Below the pieces are notes generated by a model, which was not told the origin of the DNA, searched no databases, and saw nothing but the letters and a program-made list of their open reading frames with translations. From a virus (Duplodnaviria; Heunggongvirae; Uroviricota; Caudoviricetes), in the IMG/VR virus record IMGVR_UViG_3300016674_000066: DNA of 64,000 bases; one strand, given 5' to 3'. Numbering within the stretch: position 1 is the stretch's first letter; every line of letters starts with the position of its first letter. A program made the translations under genes and the position numbers. This document shows positions 26,455 through 35,761 of this stretch, piece by piece.

Positions 26455-26916
26455 ATGAGCGCAGCAGAAAAATACAAACCGCTCATCGACGAACTTACCA
26501 AGGTGGTAAACGCAACGGAGCTGGAACTCCGTTCTCTCGCAGCCATTCAGCAGCTGGTGGCAGAGCTGGATGCTGCCTCCAAGAAGAAGGTCAAGAAGCA
26601 GGTGACGCCTGGATTCGAGAAGTTCTGGGCGGCATGGCCAACCAACTCACGCAAGGTCAACAAGCAGGGGTGCCTGACGAAGTGGCTGGCCGCCGGCCTC
26701 GAGTGCCGCGCATCCGAGATCGTCGAGCACGTCGAGGCCTGCAAGATCGGTCGCGACTGGGTCAAGGACTCCGGCGCATTCATTCCTGCGCCGCTGGTCT
26801 ACCTCAATCAGGAGCGGTATCTGGCACCTCCGCCGCCACCCCCGAACCAGGCTGGCAGCCTGGCCAACATCAAGTACAGCAAGGACGCCTTCGACAACCA
26901 TGGCCACCTCTATTGA
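26455..26916 (+). CDS. Hypothetical protein (153 aa); possibly the replication-initiation partner of the DnaC-like protein
   Basis: ORF track; the assignment rests on gene position. Confidence 0.45.
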   Translation: MSAAEKYKPLIDELTKVVNATELELRSLAAIQQLVAELDAASKKKVKKQVTPGFEKFWAAWPTNSRKVNKQGCLTKWLAAGLECRASEIVEHVEACKIGRDWVKDSGAFIPAPLVYLNQERYLAPPPPPPNQAGSLANIKYSKDAFDNHGHLY

Positions 26917-27703
26917 AAGCCTCGTCATGACCGTGGATCTCGGCGAGAGGGAGCGCTCGTGCGAGAAGCATGGCCAGTACATCTCGTCCGGCAAGAAGTT
27001 CACCGTGGGCAAGGGGCGCGAGGTGTGGACTATGTGCCCCGGCTGCAGAGATGAGATGGAGTCTATGGCCGAGACGGCCAAGCAGGAGCTCACCCTGCGC
27101 AGCCGGCAGCAGGAGCTCGAGAAGAAACTGAACCAGACCGCCATACCGAAGCGGTTCCTGGACCGTGGCTTCGACAACTGGGTGGCGGCCAACGACGCCC
27201 AGGTCAACGCGCTTCGCATTGCCCAGGAATACGTGGCCAACTTCGACAGCCACCACGCCAACGGCAAGAGTCTCATCTTCTCCGGCGGCCCAGGCACCGG
27301 CAAGTCGCACCTGGCCACGGCCATTCTGCGCGGCATCCTTCCCAGGCATGTTGGCGTCTACCTGACCTTCATGGGGATGATCCGCCTGATTCGCGAGACC
27401 TGGCACCCGTCCTCCACCAGGAAGGAGTCCGAGGTCATTGCCGACCTTGGCACGCTGCCGCTGCTGGTCATCGACGAGATCGGCGTGCAGTACGGCACCG
27501 ACGCCGAGCACACCCTGTTGTTCGAGGTGATGGACCGCCGCTACCGAGACCAGCTCCCGACCATCCTGTTGACCAACCAGGACACCGCAGGCTTCAAGCG
27601 CTTCGTCGGTGACCGCGTGTACGACCGGCTGCGCGAGACCGCTCGGTGGGTCAGCTTCGACTGGGACAGCTACCGCGCGCGGGCCAGGAGGGAGCAGCAA
27701 TGA
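26900..27703 (+). CDS. DnaC/IstB-like AAA+ helicase-loader ATPase with an N-terminal CxxC...CxxC zinc finger
   Basis: Walker A IFSGGPGTGKSHLATAI; Walker B LLVIDEIG; sensor LLTNQ. Confidence 0.8.
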   Translation: MATSIESLVMTVDLGERERSCEKHGQYISSGKKFTVGKGREVWTMCPGCRDEMESMAETAKQELTLRSRQQELEKKLNQTAIPKRFLDRGFDNWVAANDAQVNALRIAQEYVANFDSHHANGKSLIFSGGPGTGKSHLATAILRGILPRHVGVYLTFMGMIRLIRETWHPSSTRKESEVIADLGTLPLLVIDEIGVQYGTDAEHTLLFEVMDRRYRDQLPTILLTNQDTAGFKRFVGDRVYDRLRETARWVSFDWDSYRARARREQQ

Positions 27704-28077
27704 CTCTCTCGAGAGACCACTGCAACGCTGAAGAGTTGGCGGCGCATGCCGCTCTTGATGCGGTTCGCGCTGGCATCGACGTTCCCTCGGCGACAATCAT
27801 GAGGGCCCTCTGGACAACGGGGGATGCCGTCGGCCTGGACACAAGAATCGAAAGCACAACCAACATGAGACCGCTGCACATCAACGAGCCCCGCTGCGCC
27901 GGGCGCGACAACAAGGACATCACCAAGATCTGCTCTCGCCGCGAGCTTTGCCATCGCCACAAGCAGCTCGACGTCGACCGCGACATTGGCATTGCGGGCA
28001 GCAAGCAGATCAAGGTTCTGAACCTGCCGTACGTGCCTGGCCAGGACTGCCACTACTTCAAGGCCATCGCAGCATGA
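27700..28077 (+). CDS. Hypothetical protein (125 aa)
   Basis: The internal ATG overlaps the stop of the upstream gene. Confidence 0.4.
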   Translation: MTLSRDHCNAEELAAHAALDAVRAGIDVPSATIMRALWTTGDAVGLDTRIESTTNMRPLHINEPRCAGRDNKDITKICSRRELCHRHKQLDVDRDIGIAGSKQIKVLNLPYVPGQDCHYFKAIAA

Positions 28078-28328
28078 TCGACCACGAGCAGCACCGGGAG
28101 ACCATGGTGTCTCACTTCGTGATGATGGTGCAGATCGACGCCGACTATGCGCGCGCTGCCGTTCGCGAGTATGTGGCTCGCCCAGGCTGCCTGTTCCCGC
28201 AGATCGCGAAGGATGTGAAGAGCCGACTCGATCTGCTGGGCATCACACCTGAGCCGCCCCAGGATGAGCCCTGGTTTCTTCAAGCGCCAGATCGCAATGG
28301 CTGGCGATTCAAACCCGCAGCACCATGA
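28074..28328 (+). CDS. Hypothetical protein (84 aa)
   Basis: ATGA-type overlap. Confidence 0.4.
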   Translation: MIDHEQHRETMVSHFVMMVQIDADYARAAVREYVARPGCLFPQIAKDVKSRLDLLGITPEPPQDEPWFLQAPDRNGWRFKPAAP

Positions 28329-28798
28329 GCGAAGTCATCCTCATCAAGACGCCGAATGGCAGCCTTGTCCCAGCCGATGAAGAGAGCCAAGAGAGGGTTA
28401 AGAAGATCAAGACCGGGGCTGCTGTGCGATGCAAGATTGCGCAGATGCGAAACCCCCAGTTCCACAAGAAGTTCTTCGCTTTGATCAAGTATCTGTTCGA
28501 CATCTGGTCGGAGTCCATGCCGAATCAGACGTACCGTGGCGTCGAGGTGCGGCCGTCGTTCGAGAAGTTCCGCGAGAACCTGATCATCATGACGGGAAGG
28601 TTTGACGCCTACTACAACATCTTCGGCGACGTTCGCCTTGAGGCTCACAGCATTAGCTTCGCCAACATGGAGCAGGGCGAGTTTGAGAAGTTGTACTCAG
28701 ACGTCATCGACATTGGCCTCTCCAGGATCATGAATCGCCCAGACCTGACGCCAGAGAAGGTTCGCCGCCTGGTCGACCAGCTCCTCCAGTACGACTGA
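28325..28798 (+). CDS. Hypothetical phage protein (157 aa)
   Basis: ORF track; translationally coupled to the upstream gene. Confidence 0.5.
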   Translation: MSEVILIKTPNGSLVPADEESQERVKKIKTGAAVRCKIAQMRNPQFHKKFFALIKYLFDIWSESMPNQTYRGVEVRPSFEKFRENLIIMTGRFDAYYNIFGDVRLEAHSISFANMEQGEFEKLYSDVIDIGLSRIMNRPDLTPEKVRRLVDQLLQYD

Positions 28799-28891
28799 CA
28801 ATCACGTCGCACGTAAGGATCGTGCCTGTTTAGCTGCAACAAAGTGTTGGCGGCCAATAGAATTGGCCACCACAACTTTGAGGCATTAGGC

Positions 28892-29179
28892 ATGCTCAAG
28901 AATGAACTGATCAAGATCGTCTCCAAGGAGTCCGGCGTGGCCTCCGAGCAGGTTCGCCTGGTGATGGAGCAGATCAACAAGCACACCATCGAGGCTGTGC
29001 AGCGCGGCGAAGAGGTCATGCTGTTGGGCCTTGGCAAGATCTCCGTCACCAACCGTGGCCCCAAGCAGGCCCGCAACATCCACACCGGCGAGTCCGTGAT
29101 TGTGCCGCCACGTCGCGTGCCGATCTTCCGCCCCAGCGTCTCCCTGACCAAGGCCGCCCAAGGCAGCTCCCAGGAATGA
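28892..29179 (+). CDS. HU/IHF-family DNA-binding protein
   Basis: MLKNELIKIVSKESG...GLGKISVTNRGPKQARNIHTGESVIVPPRRVPIFRPS, the bacterial-histone fold. Confidence 0.8.
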   Translation: MLKNELIKIVSKESGVASEQVRLVMEQINKHTIEAVQRGEEVMLLGLGKISVTNRGPKQARNIHTGESVIVPPRRVPIFRPSVSLTKAAQGSSQE

Positions 29180-29529
29180 CGGTGCGCCGTGTCGCCTCGA
29201 AGTACGGGGCAAAAAAGACTCAGGTTGACGGCATCACCTTTGACAGCCGCGCAGAGGCCGCGCGCTTCCTGGAGCTCAAGGCCCTCGAGCGCGCAGGCCA
29301 GATCACCAACCTCGAGCTGCAGCCGAAGTTCGAGCTGGCCCCAGCGGTCAAGCTGGGCGGGCGCACAAAGCCGGCGCTCCGGTACATCGCAGACTTCCGC
29401 TACATCGACCACCTCGGCAACGTCGTTGTCGAGGACGTCAAGGGTGTGCGGACTGACTCGTACCAGATCAAGCGCCACATGATGAAGTTCGTCCACGGCA
29501 TCGAGATCACGGAAGTCAGGAAGCGATGA
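29176..29529 (+). CDS. Hypothetical phage protein (117 aa)
   Basis: ORF track. Confidence 0.5.
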   Translation: MTVRRVASKYGAKKTQVDGITFDSRAEAARFLELKALERAGQITNLELQPKFELAPAVKLGGRTKPALRYIADFRYIDHLGNVVVEDVKGVRTDSYQIKRHMMKFVHGIEITEVRKR

Positions 29530-30038
29530 CCCCAGACGACATCCCATCACGTCTCGAGCGGCTGGCCACAGCCGTCTCAACATCGAACCTCACGTTCGAC
29601 ACCGAGCACCGCACCCCGGTCGACCGCATCATCGCGCTCGGCCTGGCATCGAAGCAGTCGGTGGTCACCAGCAACGTGCTGCGCCTGTACCTGGCGAAGT
29701 CGCCGGAGGCCTGGTATGCAGCCAAGGCCTCGGTGCTTGGCGTGGTGCGTCGTCTGTCGGACAGGCGGAAATGGGATCTGTCGCCGGAGGACGCCGACAA
29801 GGTGGCCACGCAGAGCCTGCTGATGCACATCAACCCGTCGTGCTCTCACTGCAAGGGCCACGGGTTCAAGGTGATCCCGGGCACGCCGACGTTGAGCCAC
29901 AAGCCGTGCGAACACTGCAAGGGCACCGGCCGGCGCCCACCCAACAAGAAGTTGCGCGTCCAGATCGAGGCGACCATCGCCACCCTGGAGCACATCGACT
30001 CAATGACGGAGATGGCCGTCGGAAGGTATTTGAGATGA
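29526..30038 (+). CDS. Zinc-ribbon protein; a candidate late-gene regulator (Q-like)
   Basis: CSHCKGHG...CEHCKGTG; the Q-like role is inferred from gene position only. Confidence 0.45.
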   Translation: MTPDDIPSRLERLATAVSTSNLTFDTEHRTPVDRIIALGLASKQSVVTSNVLRLYLAKSPEAWYAAKASVLGVVRRLSDRRKWDLSPEDADKVATQSLLMHINPSCSHCKGHGFKVIPGTPTLSHKPCEHCKGTGRRPPNKKLRVQIEATIATLEHIDSMTEMAVGRYLR

Positions 30039-30487
30039 CCACCTGTGCCTGGAATGGCGAATTCATTGCGGCCGACACACTGGGGGACCAGCAGTGCCTG
30101 CGCATGTACAACACCAAGATCTACCAGAGCGACACCTTGATCATGGCCGGGGCTGGTGAGCGGGCCTGGATGCTGCGCTACTGGCAGGCCATCAAGAGCA
30201 TGAGCCTCCAGGAGGTTCTGTCGCTTGGATACCCTGACTACAACAGCGAGAACAACCATCCAGGGATGATCCTGGTTGGCAGGCACAACCCGAAGACCGC
30301 ATGGTTCCTGACTGGCAATGCGTGGTCGCCGATCACTCGCCCCTACCACGCCATCGGGTCCGGTCGCGACTTTGCCCTGACTGCCATGCGCCTTGGGCAG
30401 CCCATCGGCAGGGCCATCGAGATCGCCGCTGAGTTCGACGTCTACACCGGCGGCCAGATCGAGGTCGTCAAGATCGCCCTGACTTGA
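30035..30487 (+). CDS. HslV-like Ntn-hydrolase (a proteasome beta-type peptidase homolog, 151 aa)
   Basis: N-terminal MTT (catalytic Thr) and segments alignable to HslV, including AIGSGRDFALTAMRLG and AIEIAAEFDVYTGGQIEV. Confidence 0.65.
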   Translation: MTTCAWNGEFIAADTLGDQQCLRMYNTKIYQSDTLIMAGAGERAWMLRYWQAIKSMSLQEVLSLGYPDYNSENNHPGMILVGRHNPKTAWFLTGNAWSPITRPYHAIGSGRDFALTAMRLGQPIGRAIEIAAEFDVYTGGQIEVVKIALT

Positions 30488-30975
30488 TGAAGCGCTCGGC
30501 ACTGGTTCGCAAGACGCCGATGAAGCGTGGCGGCTGGGCGCGAAATCCGGGCCGCCAGGACGATATCGAGGAGCAGCCAGTACCAGCGCCTCAGCCCAGG
30601 CCGATCGCGCCGCCACGGGCCCGCCTTGCCGTGTTCTCGGACAAGGTCACGAGCATCCCGAAGGAAGACGTCGTCAGGTCAGAGGAGTACCGGCGCCTGG
30701 TGGCCGCACTGCCTTGCATCATCTGCGGCGTTCAGGGGTATAGCCAGGCCGCTCATCCGAACACGGGCAAGGGGCAGGGGATCAAGACGGACGACAGGCT
30801 GTGCTTCCCTCTGTGCTGCGACAGGCCTGGCGTGCAGGGCTGCCACCCGAAGTTCGACCAGCATGCCCTCTACACCAAGGAGGAGAGGAGGGTGCTGGAG
30901 CCAGCCTGGGCCGCACAGACCCAGGCCAGGATCATTGCGGATGGGGCGTGGCCTGCCGGGCTTCCGCTGCCTTGA
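30484..30975 (+). CDS. Cys/His-rich HNH-like (DUF968-like) protein
   Basis: LPCIICGVQGYSQAAHPN...CHPKFDQH. Confidence 0.45.
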   Translation: MMKRSALVRKTPMKRGGWARNPGRQDDIEEQPVPAPQPRPIAPPRARLAVFSDKVTSIPKEDVVRSEEYRRLVAALPCIICGVQGYSQAAHPNTGKGQGIKTDDRLCFPLCCDRPGVQGCHPKFDQHALYTKEERRVLEPAWAAQTQARIIADGAWPAGLPLP

Positions 30976-31276
30976 CGTACCAGATACGACCGTAGCCATC
31001 ACCGCAGTCAGACTTTGAGCGCACGGAGCCGGCCAGGCCTCGCTCCTTGATGAAGTTGCGCATGCGCTTGGCCGCGCGCGGCGCACCCTCCACGCTGCAG
31101 CGAATGGGCAGGCCGTCGTTGATGGCGCGCAGGAACTTCGCCGAGTACTTGGCGGCCCAGCCATTCCACCTTGAGAAGATGGCCTCGTCCTCGAGCACGA
31201 TCTCGTTGTCTGGCTGGTCGTCAACGGGCTTGCCGGTGAAGGGGTTGATGCCCCCTGCGAACTTGGTCTTGATCAT
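30932..31276 (-). CDS. Hypothetical protein (114 aa)
   Basis: ORF track. Confidence 0.45.
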   Translation of the reverse strand: MIKTKFAGGINPFTGKPVDDQPDNEIVLEDEAIFSRWNGWAAKYSAKFLRAINDGLPIRCSVEGAPRAAKRMRNFIKERGLAGSVRSKSDCGDGYGRIWYVKAAEARQATPHPQ

Positions 31277-31548
31277 TTTCTTGCCGTCTCCCAGGACAGC
31301 TTCATTTCGTTGAGGTGGACGTTGGCCTTGTACTCGATCCAGGTCTCGAGCTCTTCCTTGGCCTTGGCCGCCATGACCTCGTACTCCTCACCCCAGGCGT
31401 CGTCGGCGCATTCAAGGTTTCTGGGGTTGCCAGGATGAACGCACGAGCTGCATGGCGGCGAGATGTGACACGAGCAGTTGCCGCGTCCGTGGTCAAGATA
31501 GAACTGGAAGGCCTCTCGCTCGGCCCAGGGCATCAGACGCTTAGGCAT
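31273..31548 (-). CDS. Cys-rich hypothetical protein (91 aa)
   Basis: ORF track. Confidence 0.45.
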   Translation of the reverse strand: MPKRLMPWAEREAFQFYLDHGRGNCSCHISPPCSSCVHPGNPRNLECADDAWGEEYEVMAAKAKEELETWIEYKANVHLNEMKLSWETARK

Positions 31549-31771
31549 GGTAATGCGACCTTTGCTTCAGCTCGTCGATCTGGTTCTGGAGGTTGGCGAC
31601 GGTGTCGATCAGCTCGGCAACAGCGATGGCCAGAGCCATGGATGGAAGGTTAGGGTTGAATGCCTGGTCTATCTCGAACTGCTTCCTTGGAAAGGAGTAC
31701 TGCCGGCCCGTGTCTGAGTAGAGCTCGATGTCTCCATTCGGGCGAAATGTAATATTTTCGATCGTGATCAT
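31541..31771 (-). CDS. Hypothetical protein (76 aa)
   Basis: ORF track. Confidence 0.4.
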   Translation of the reverse strand: MITIENITFRPNGDIELYSDTGRQYSFPRKQFEIDQAFNPNLPSMALAIAVAELIDTVANLQNQIDELKQRSHYHA

Positions 31772-31923
31772 TTCTTGGATTCCTTGAGGGCGACGCAGAC
31801 TGCATCCACGCAGACTGCGACAAAGACGATTGCTGGCGCGACGGCAAGGGTCGGGCTGGATAGCGCTGCAACACCAGCGATGCAGGCCAGGATGCAGCAG
31901 AAGACGAAGTGGCGCGCGCTCAT
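31768..31923 (-). CDS. Small membrane protein (51 aa)
   Basis: MSARHFVFCCILACIAGVAAL...; ATGA-type overlap with the upstream gene. Confidence 0.4.
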   Translation of the reverse strand: MSARHFVFCCILACIAGVAALSSPTLAVAPAIVFVAVCVDAVCVALKESKK

Positions 31924-32318
31924 GCTGCGGACTCCGGCAGGTAAATGGCTCGCGCCTTCGATGCGCTGATTGGCGTCGGCTTGTCTGGGTGAGCGCAGTT
32001 CGCGAGCCGGCCGGACAGCAAGACCTTCCACGCCTTCAGGTCGTTGGGTACAGGGCGGTGCGGCCCGCCGTCGTACATCTTGTTGAGGCTGCCGTCAGCG
32101 CGCCTGTAGTAGGGCGTGGTGCGGGCAAGAGGCTCAGCAACGGCCTTCGGCACGGCGATGCAGGTGCTCGTGCTGCAGATGCTCTTGGCCTTGGCCTCGT
32201 CGTACAGCCCGGCCTTGTCGATGCAGACGGTGTAGCCACGGCTGTCTGGCTTCCACCAAGTGACGTGCTCATCCAGCTTGCCGGTATGGCCAATGTGGGC
32301 GATCAGGTACTGACTCAT
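31920..32318 (-). CDS. Hypothetical protein (about 133 aa)
   Basis: ORF track, using an internal start. Confidence 0.45.
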   Translation of the reverse strand: MSQYLIAHIGHTGKLDEHVTWWKPDSRGYTVCIDKAGLYDEAKAKSICSTSTCIAVPKAVAEPLARTTPYYRRADGSLNKMYDGGPHRPVPNDLKAWKVLLSGRLANCAHPDKPTPISASKARAIYLPESAA

Positions 32319-32812
32319 ACTGCGCCGCCTTTCACTTCCGCGATGGCGGATCGAGCTTTCGGCACAGGGCAATCATCCAAATGCACAATTTGCGTGCAAT
32401 CCAGATGCGTCTTGCTGCAGTACTCGCAAGCAAAAAGAGCGTCTGTCCCTTGAGTTCCTCGCCATCCGTTTTGCGGATTATCTTGTGTGCCAACAAGAGT
32501 CTCCAGCGCCGCCAGCAGCTTGTCGCGCTGGGCGATGGCGTCACGCATTGCGTAAGTGGCGAGCCTCCAGCCGTTCGCCAAATTGCCGTCAAGCCCCAGC
32601 GCTTCGGTGCTGATGCCCTCACAGGCATTCCAGCAGGCCACCAGGCGGCGGGCGAAAGACCTCTGCTCGGCGTTGAAGTCATGCACCGGGGCGTCATCAA
32701 TGCTCAACTTGGCGACCTTGCGATTGCCAAGCATCAGCCAGATGTCCTGATAGGGCTCTGTGTGCTCCGACTCGTCGGTGGTCAGCCGCCCATGTGTGTG
32801 CTGCGCGTTCAT
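32315..32812 (-). CDS. Ead/Ea22-like hypothetical protein (has an inverted paralog at 41165-41575)
   Basis: RRLVACWNACEGISTEAL... and a C-terminal ...EVKGGAV. Confidence 0.5.
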   Translation of the reverse strand: MNAQHTHGRLTTDESEHTEPYQDIWLMLGNRKVAKLSIDDAPVHDFNAEQRSFARRLVACWNACEGISTEALGLDGNLANGWRLATYAMRDAIAQRDKLLAALETLVGTQDNPQNGWRGTQGTDALFACEYCSKTHLDCTQIVHLDDCPVPKARSAIAEVKGGAV

Positions 32813-33018
32813 TGCACATCCCCCTCGGCTCGCGATGGGAAGCATTGGCCGCCGTCACGAGAGCTCAAGTACGCTTTGTGCTGGCCGTTGCGCTTCTCCT
32901 GCTTGATGGCTTTGCAGGACTTGCTACAGAAGCGTGCCCATCCACGGGCGCGGTCTGCGGTGCGGGCCTGAAATGGGTCGCCGCAGTTGGAGCACTTGTA
33001 GGTTTGCTTTGCGCTCAT
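32809..33018 (-). CDS. Small zinc-ribbon protein
   Basis: CSNCGDPF...CSKSCK. Confidence 0.45.
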   Translation of the reverse strand: MSAKQTYKCSNCGDPFQARTADRARGWARFCSKSCKAIKQEKRNGQHKAYLSSRDGGQCFPSRAEGDVQ

Positions 33019-33275
33019 GCTTCGCCGCCTTCCGTGTCATCGGCAGGCAGCCGCTGCACTTTGGGTGCGCCGGCATCGAAGTAACCGGTGATGTTGGGGC
33101 TGACGGAGTGGCGCGCGCGACGCGTGGTCACGACGGTGCGGTAGTTGCCCATGGCCAGAGGCGATCGCGGCTGCTGCTCGATGGTGAGCACCACGCCGGA
33201 TGCCTCAGCCTTGGCCACCAGGTCGCGGGCGAGGAGGTCGATTTCTTGGATGGTGTGCATGGTCGACCTCGACAT
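33015..33275 (-). CDS. Hypothetical protein (about 86 aa)
   Basis: ORF track, internal start MSRSTMHT. Confidence 0.4.
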   Translation of the reverse strand: MSRSTMHTIQEIDLLARDLVAKAEASGVVLTIEQQPRSPLAMGNYRTVVTTRRARHSVSPNITGYFDAGAPKVQRLPADDTEGGEA

Positions 33276-33277
33276 CA

Positions 33278-33401
33278 GTTGGTTGCGCCAGGCAGCCCGT
33301 AGTACAGGGCGATGAAGATGACGGCGGCGGCCCCCAGTAGAGATATCCACACGACGGGGTCGTCGCTGGAGGCGATCAGGCGGACGATTGTTTTCAAGGT
33401 G
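33278..33401 (-). CDS. Possible small hydrophobic peptide (TTG start)
   Basis: AGGAG RBS; the first gene after the promoter/operator at 33410-33460. Confidence 0.25.
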
Positions 33402-33477
33402 CTCTCCTGTAAAGCGTTGAAGAAACACCTCTATTATCAACAAAAAGTTGCGTGGCAACTGTTGTGTTTTTGCGACG

Positions 33478-34188
33478 TCAGTTCAGCAGCCCGGATCTCG
33501 AGAGCTGGTGTTTGGCCCACTCTCCGGCGATCCACTCGACTCCCTTTGGCGTCATCTTCACGTTGGTGTATGCGTGATTGGTGTCTTCGCTGATGCCGGT
33601 GGTGATGCGGAAGCGGCCTGCATCGATGTGGTTCTGGTAGGCCATCATCCGGCCCTGGAGTCGGTACATGATCCGCTCGGCAACAAGGAACTCGCGGAAC
33701 CTGGCTTCATTGGCGCCAAGAATTTTGCATACCTCGCGGAAGCCCTTCTCTCCGGTGGCAGCGTTCACGTACCGATCGACAAACTCGACGGCCGGCTTCT
33801 GCTGCTCGATCAGCTTTTGCTGCTCCTCGATCCTCTCGGCCTGTTCGGCCGCCAGGCGGAGGGCGCCAGAGAGGGTGGTTGGAACCTGGAATGCAGGCGT
33901 CGAGACCGCTGCCTCGAGCTCCTGCCAGCGGTCGATCACCCTGGCTGTGAACTCGGGGGAGAGCCTGGCCACCAGGACGAGGCTGTCTCGCTTGTTCAAG
34001 ACGAACTGCTTGTACGTCTGGCCATTCTGTTCGCTGACGTAGGGGGTCTCCTGAATTTCAGGACACACCCCAGATGCCTGCAATTCCCGGCAAATGACGG
34101 CGACGTTGTCGTGACGACGGCCGGTGATGGAGGCGATCTCGCGGCTGGTCATCGTGATCGATGGTCCGCTGTGGATAAGTTGGTTCAC
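33478..34188 (-). CDS. Phage antirepressor with an Rha N-terminal domain and a KilA-C C-terminal domain
   Basis: ITMTSREIASITGRRHDNVAVICRELQ (Rha) and VKMTPKGVEWIAGEW (KilAC). Confidence 0.8.
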   Translation of the reverse strand: MNQLIHSGPSITMTSREIASITGRRHDNVAVICRELQASGVCPEIQETPYVSEQNGQTYKQFVLNKRDSLVLVARLSPEFTARVIDRWQELEAAVSTPAFQVPTTLSGALRLAAEQAERIEEQQKLIEQQKPAVEFVDRYVNAATGEKGFREVCKILGANEARFREFLVAERIMYRLQGRMMAYQNHIDAGRFRITTGISEDTNHAYTNVKMTPKGVEWIAGEWAKHQLSRSGLLN

Positions 34189-34713
34189 AGGAATCCTTTC
34201 TTACTGACAAGGAGGTTGGTAAACATCTTCCTGAAACCTCATCACCCAAGGGAGCGTTGGAATCCCTGACCGCAGGGAGGCCCAAACCCACGAACGCATC
34301 GCGAGTTCAGGCCTCCCCGCGAAGGTCGACACCCAGTGGTCGGTCGTCACCCCTTCGGTTGTCTAAAGCGCCGGTACGCGCAGAAGCTGTGCCAATCAAC
34401 CCCATGTACCTGGGTCAAGCTCGCGCATTGGCATTCGGCGCGCTGGTGGTTTGAGCTGCATCCTTCCACCTCTCGCACAACCCGGATCGAGACCGCACCC
34501 CTATCTCACAGGGATTGGTGACGCATGAGGCGTGTGCCAGTCGACGTGGAAAGCAAAAGCCCTCTGGTTCCTTCCTCTCCGGTGGAAACCTCGGCACCTT
34601 TCGATGCTTTGGCGGAGAGGAGGAGCCAGAGGGCTCGATGTCTTGCAGGTTTCCACGCCTGACGCTGCGAAGTATAGCAACAAAATGTTGGCGTGGGAAG
34701 TGTCGACAAAGAA

Positions 34714-34760
34714 AAAGCGCCGGAGCTGTTGTGCGTCCGGCGCTTTCGCGTCTCAAACTC
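34714..34760 (-). terminator. Rho-independent terminator-like hairpin, oriented for leftward transcription
   Basis: AAAGCGCCGGA...TCCGGCGCTTT followed on the minus strand by TTCTTTGTC. Confidence 0.4.
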
Positions 34761-34894
34761 ATCAGAGGTAGTGGGGTTACTTCATCTGGGGCTCCTCGGA
34801 TTGGTTGGTGTTGGACTGTTTGTCAATGCATCACAAAGGATGAGCCCCCATTGTGCATGCCGGCCGTAGAAAAAAGCCATACCCGACAAGAGTG

Positions 34895-34963
34895 TGTGGT
34901 TATATGTTGCAATGTTTTTGTTCTGTGTGCAACAATTACTTCAACGCAAACACAGAGGTCGAT
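34895..34963 (+). promoter_or_regulatory. Cassette promoter/operator module, copy 1
   Basis: TTGCAAtgTTTTTGTTCTGTGTGCAACAATTAC...CGCAAACACA..ATG; homologous to the modules at 37.4, 40.7, 44.2 and 47.1 kb. Confidence 0.5.
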
Positions 34964-35290
34964 ATGGACAACACCAGCTTACGCAACGCACGCATCAACT
35001 CCTTTGCCGGCCAGGCCGTCATCGCGAGCCTGAGTACTGCCGGGTCGACCCGAGTACCGAACGGTGCGCGCCGCATCTTCATCGAGTTCCTGGTTCGTGA
35101 TGGCTGGCGCCGCCGCGACGCAGCCCATGAGTTCGACGAGTTCCTGGTCTGCAACGGCGTGGCCCGCACCAAGGATAGCTACCTGGTCGTCCGCCGCACC
35201 GGCGCGCGCACCTGCCTTGCCCGGGCGCAGCGTGAGTCGGTCTACCTGACCTTTGCCAACGCCATCAACCACGCAACCTTCGAGGCATGA
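34964..35290 (+). CDS. Hypothetical protein (108 aa); first gene of cassette 1
   Basis: ORF track, internal ATG. Confidence 0.45.
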   Translation: MDNTSLRNARINSFAGQAVIASLSTAGSTRVPNGARRIFIEFLVRDGWRRRDAAHEFDEFLVCNGVARTKDSYLVVRRTGARTCLARAQRESVYLTFANAINHATFEA

Positions 35291-35291
35291 C

Positions 35292-35483
35292 ATGAGCAAC
35301 ATCCCAGCGCCGCTCAAGTCCGGCCACTTGTGCCAGGACTGTGACGGAACCGGCGCCGATCGCGCCAAGACCCAGGATGCCGCCCGCAAGGGGCTGCTGT
35401 CTGGCGGCGGATACATCCGCTGCTGGACCTGCAACGGCAACGGCCTGGACCCCGCAGCCTATTTCAACTGGAGTTCCAAGTGA
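35292..35483 (+). CDS. Small zinc-ribbon protein
   Basis: CQDCDGTG...CWTCNGNG. Confidence 0.45.
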   Translation: MSNIPAPLKSGHLCQDCDGTGADRAKTQDAARKGLLSGGGYIRCWTCNGNGLDPAAYFNWSSK

Positions 35484-35761
35484 GCGCATTCCAAGCCAAC
35501 ACCGTGATCCTGGCCGCGACGCTCACCGTCAGTGGCAACAAGGCCATCTACGAGATCGATGAGCACAAACTCGCCGGCCGCGCCTACCCAGGGCAAAGCC
35601 AGAACGCTCGGCTCATTGAGCTCGGCAAGCTGCTCGCCGTGAAGAACGGCGGCATATGGTTCAACAAGCGCGACGGCCGCGCCAGCTGGTCTGAGCGCAT
35701 CACCGACCGCAAAACCTTGGCTCTCCTGGAGAGCTATCCGCTCGCATCACTGGAGCAGTAA
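35480..35761 (+). CDS. Hypothetical protein (93 aa, GTG start)
   Basis: ORF track. Confidence 0.4.
   Translation: MSAFQANTVILAATLTVSGNKAIYEIDEHKLAGRAYPGQSQNARLIELGKLLAVKNGGIWFNKRDGRASWSERITDRKTLALLESYPLASLEQ

Noticed and set aside
29771-30487. A 238-aa ORF in the six-frame track
   Set aside because: Its N-terminal 88 aa are off-frame junk overlapping the zinc-ribbon gene. The real gene starts at the internal MTT at 30035 (the HslV-like protein).
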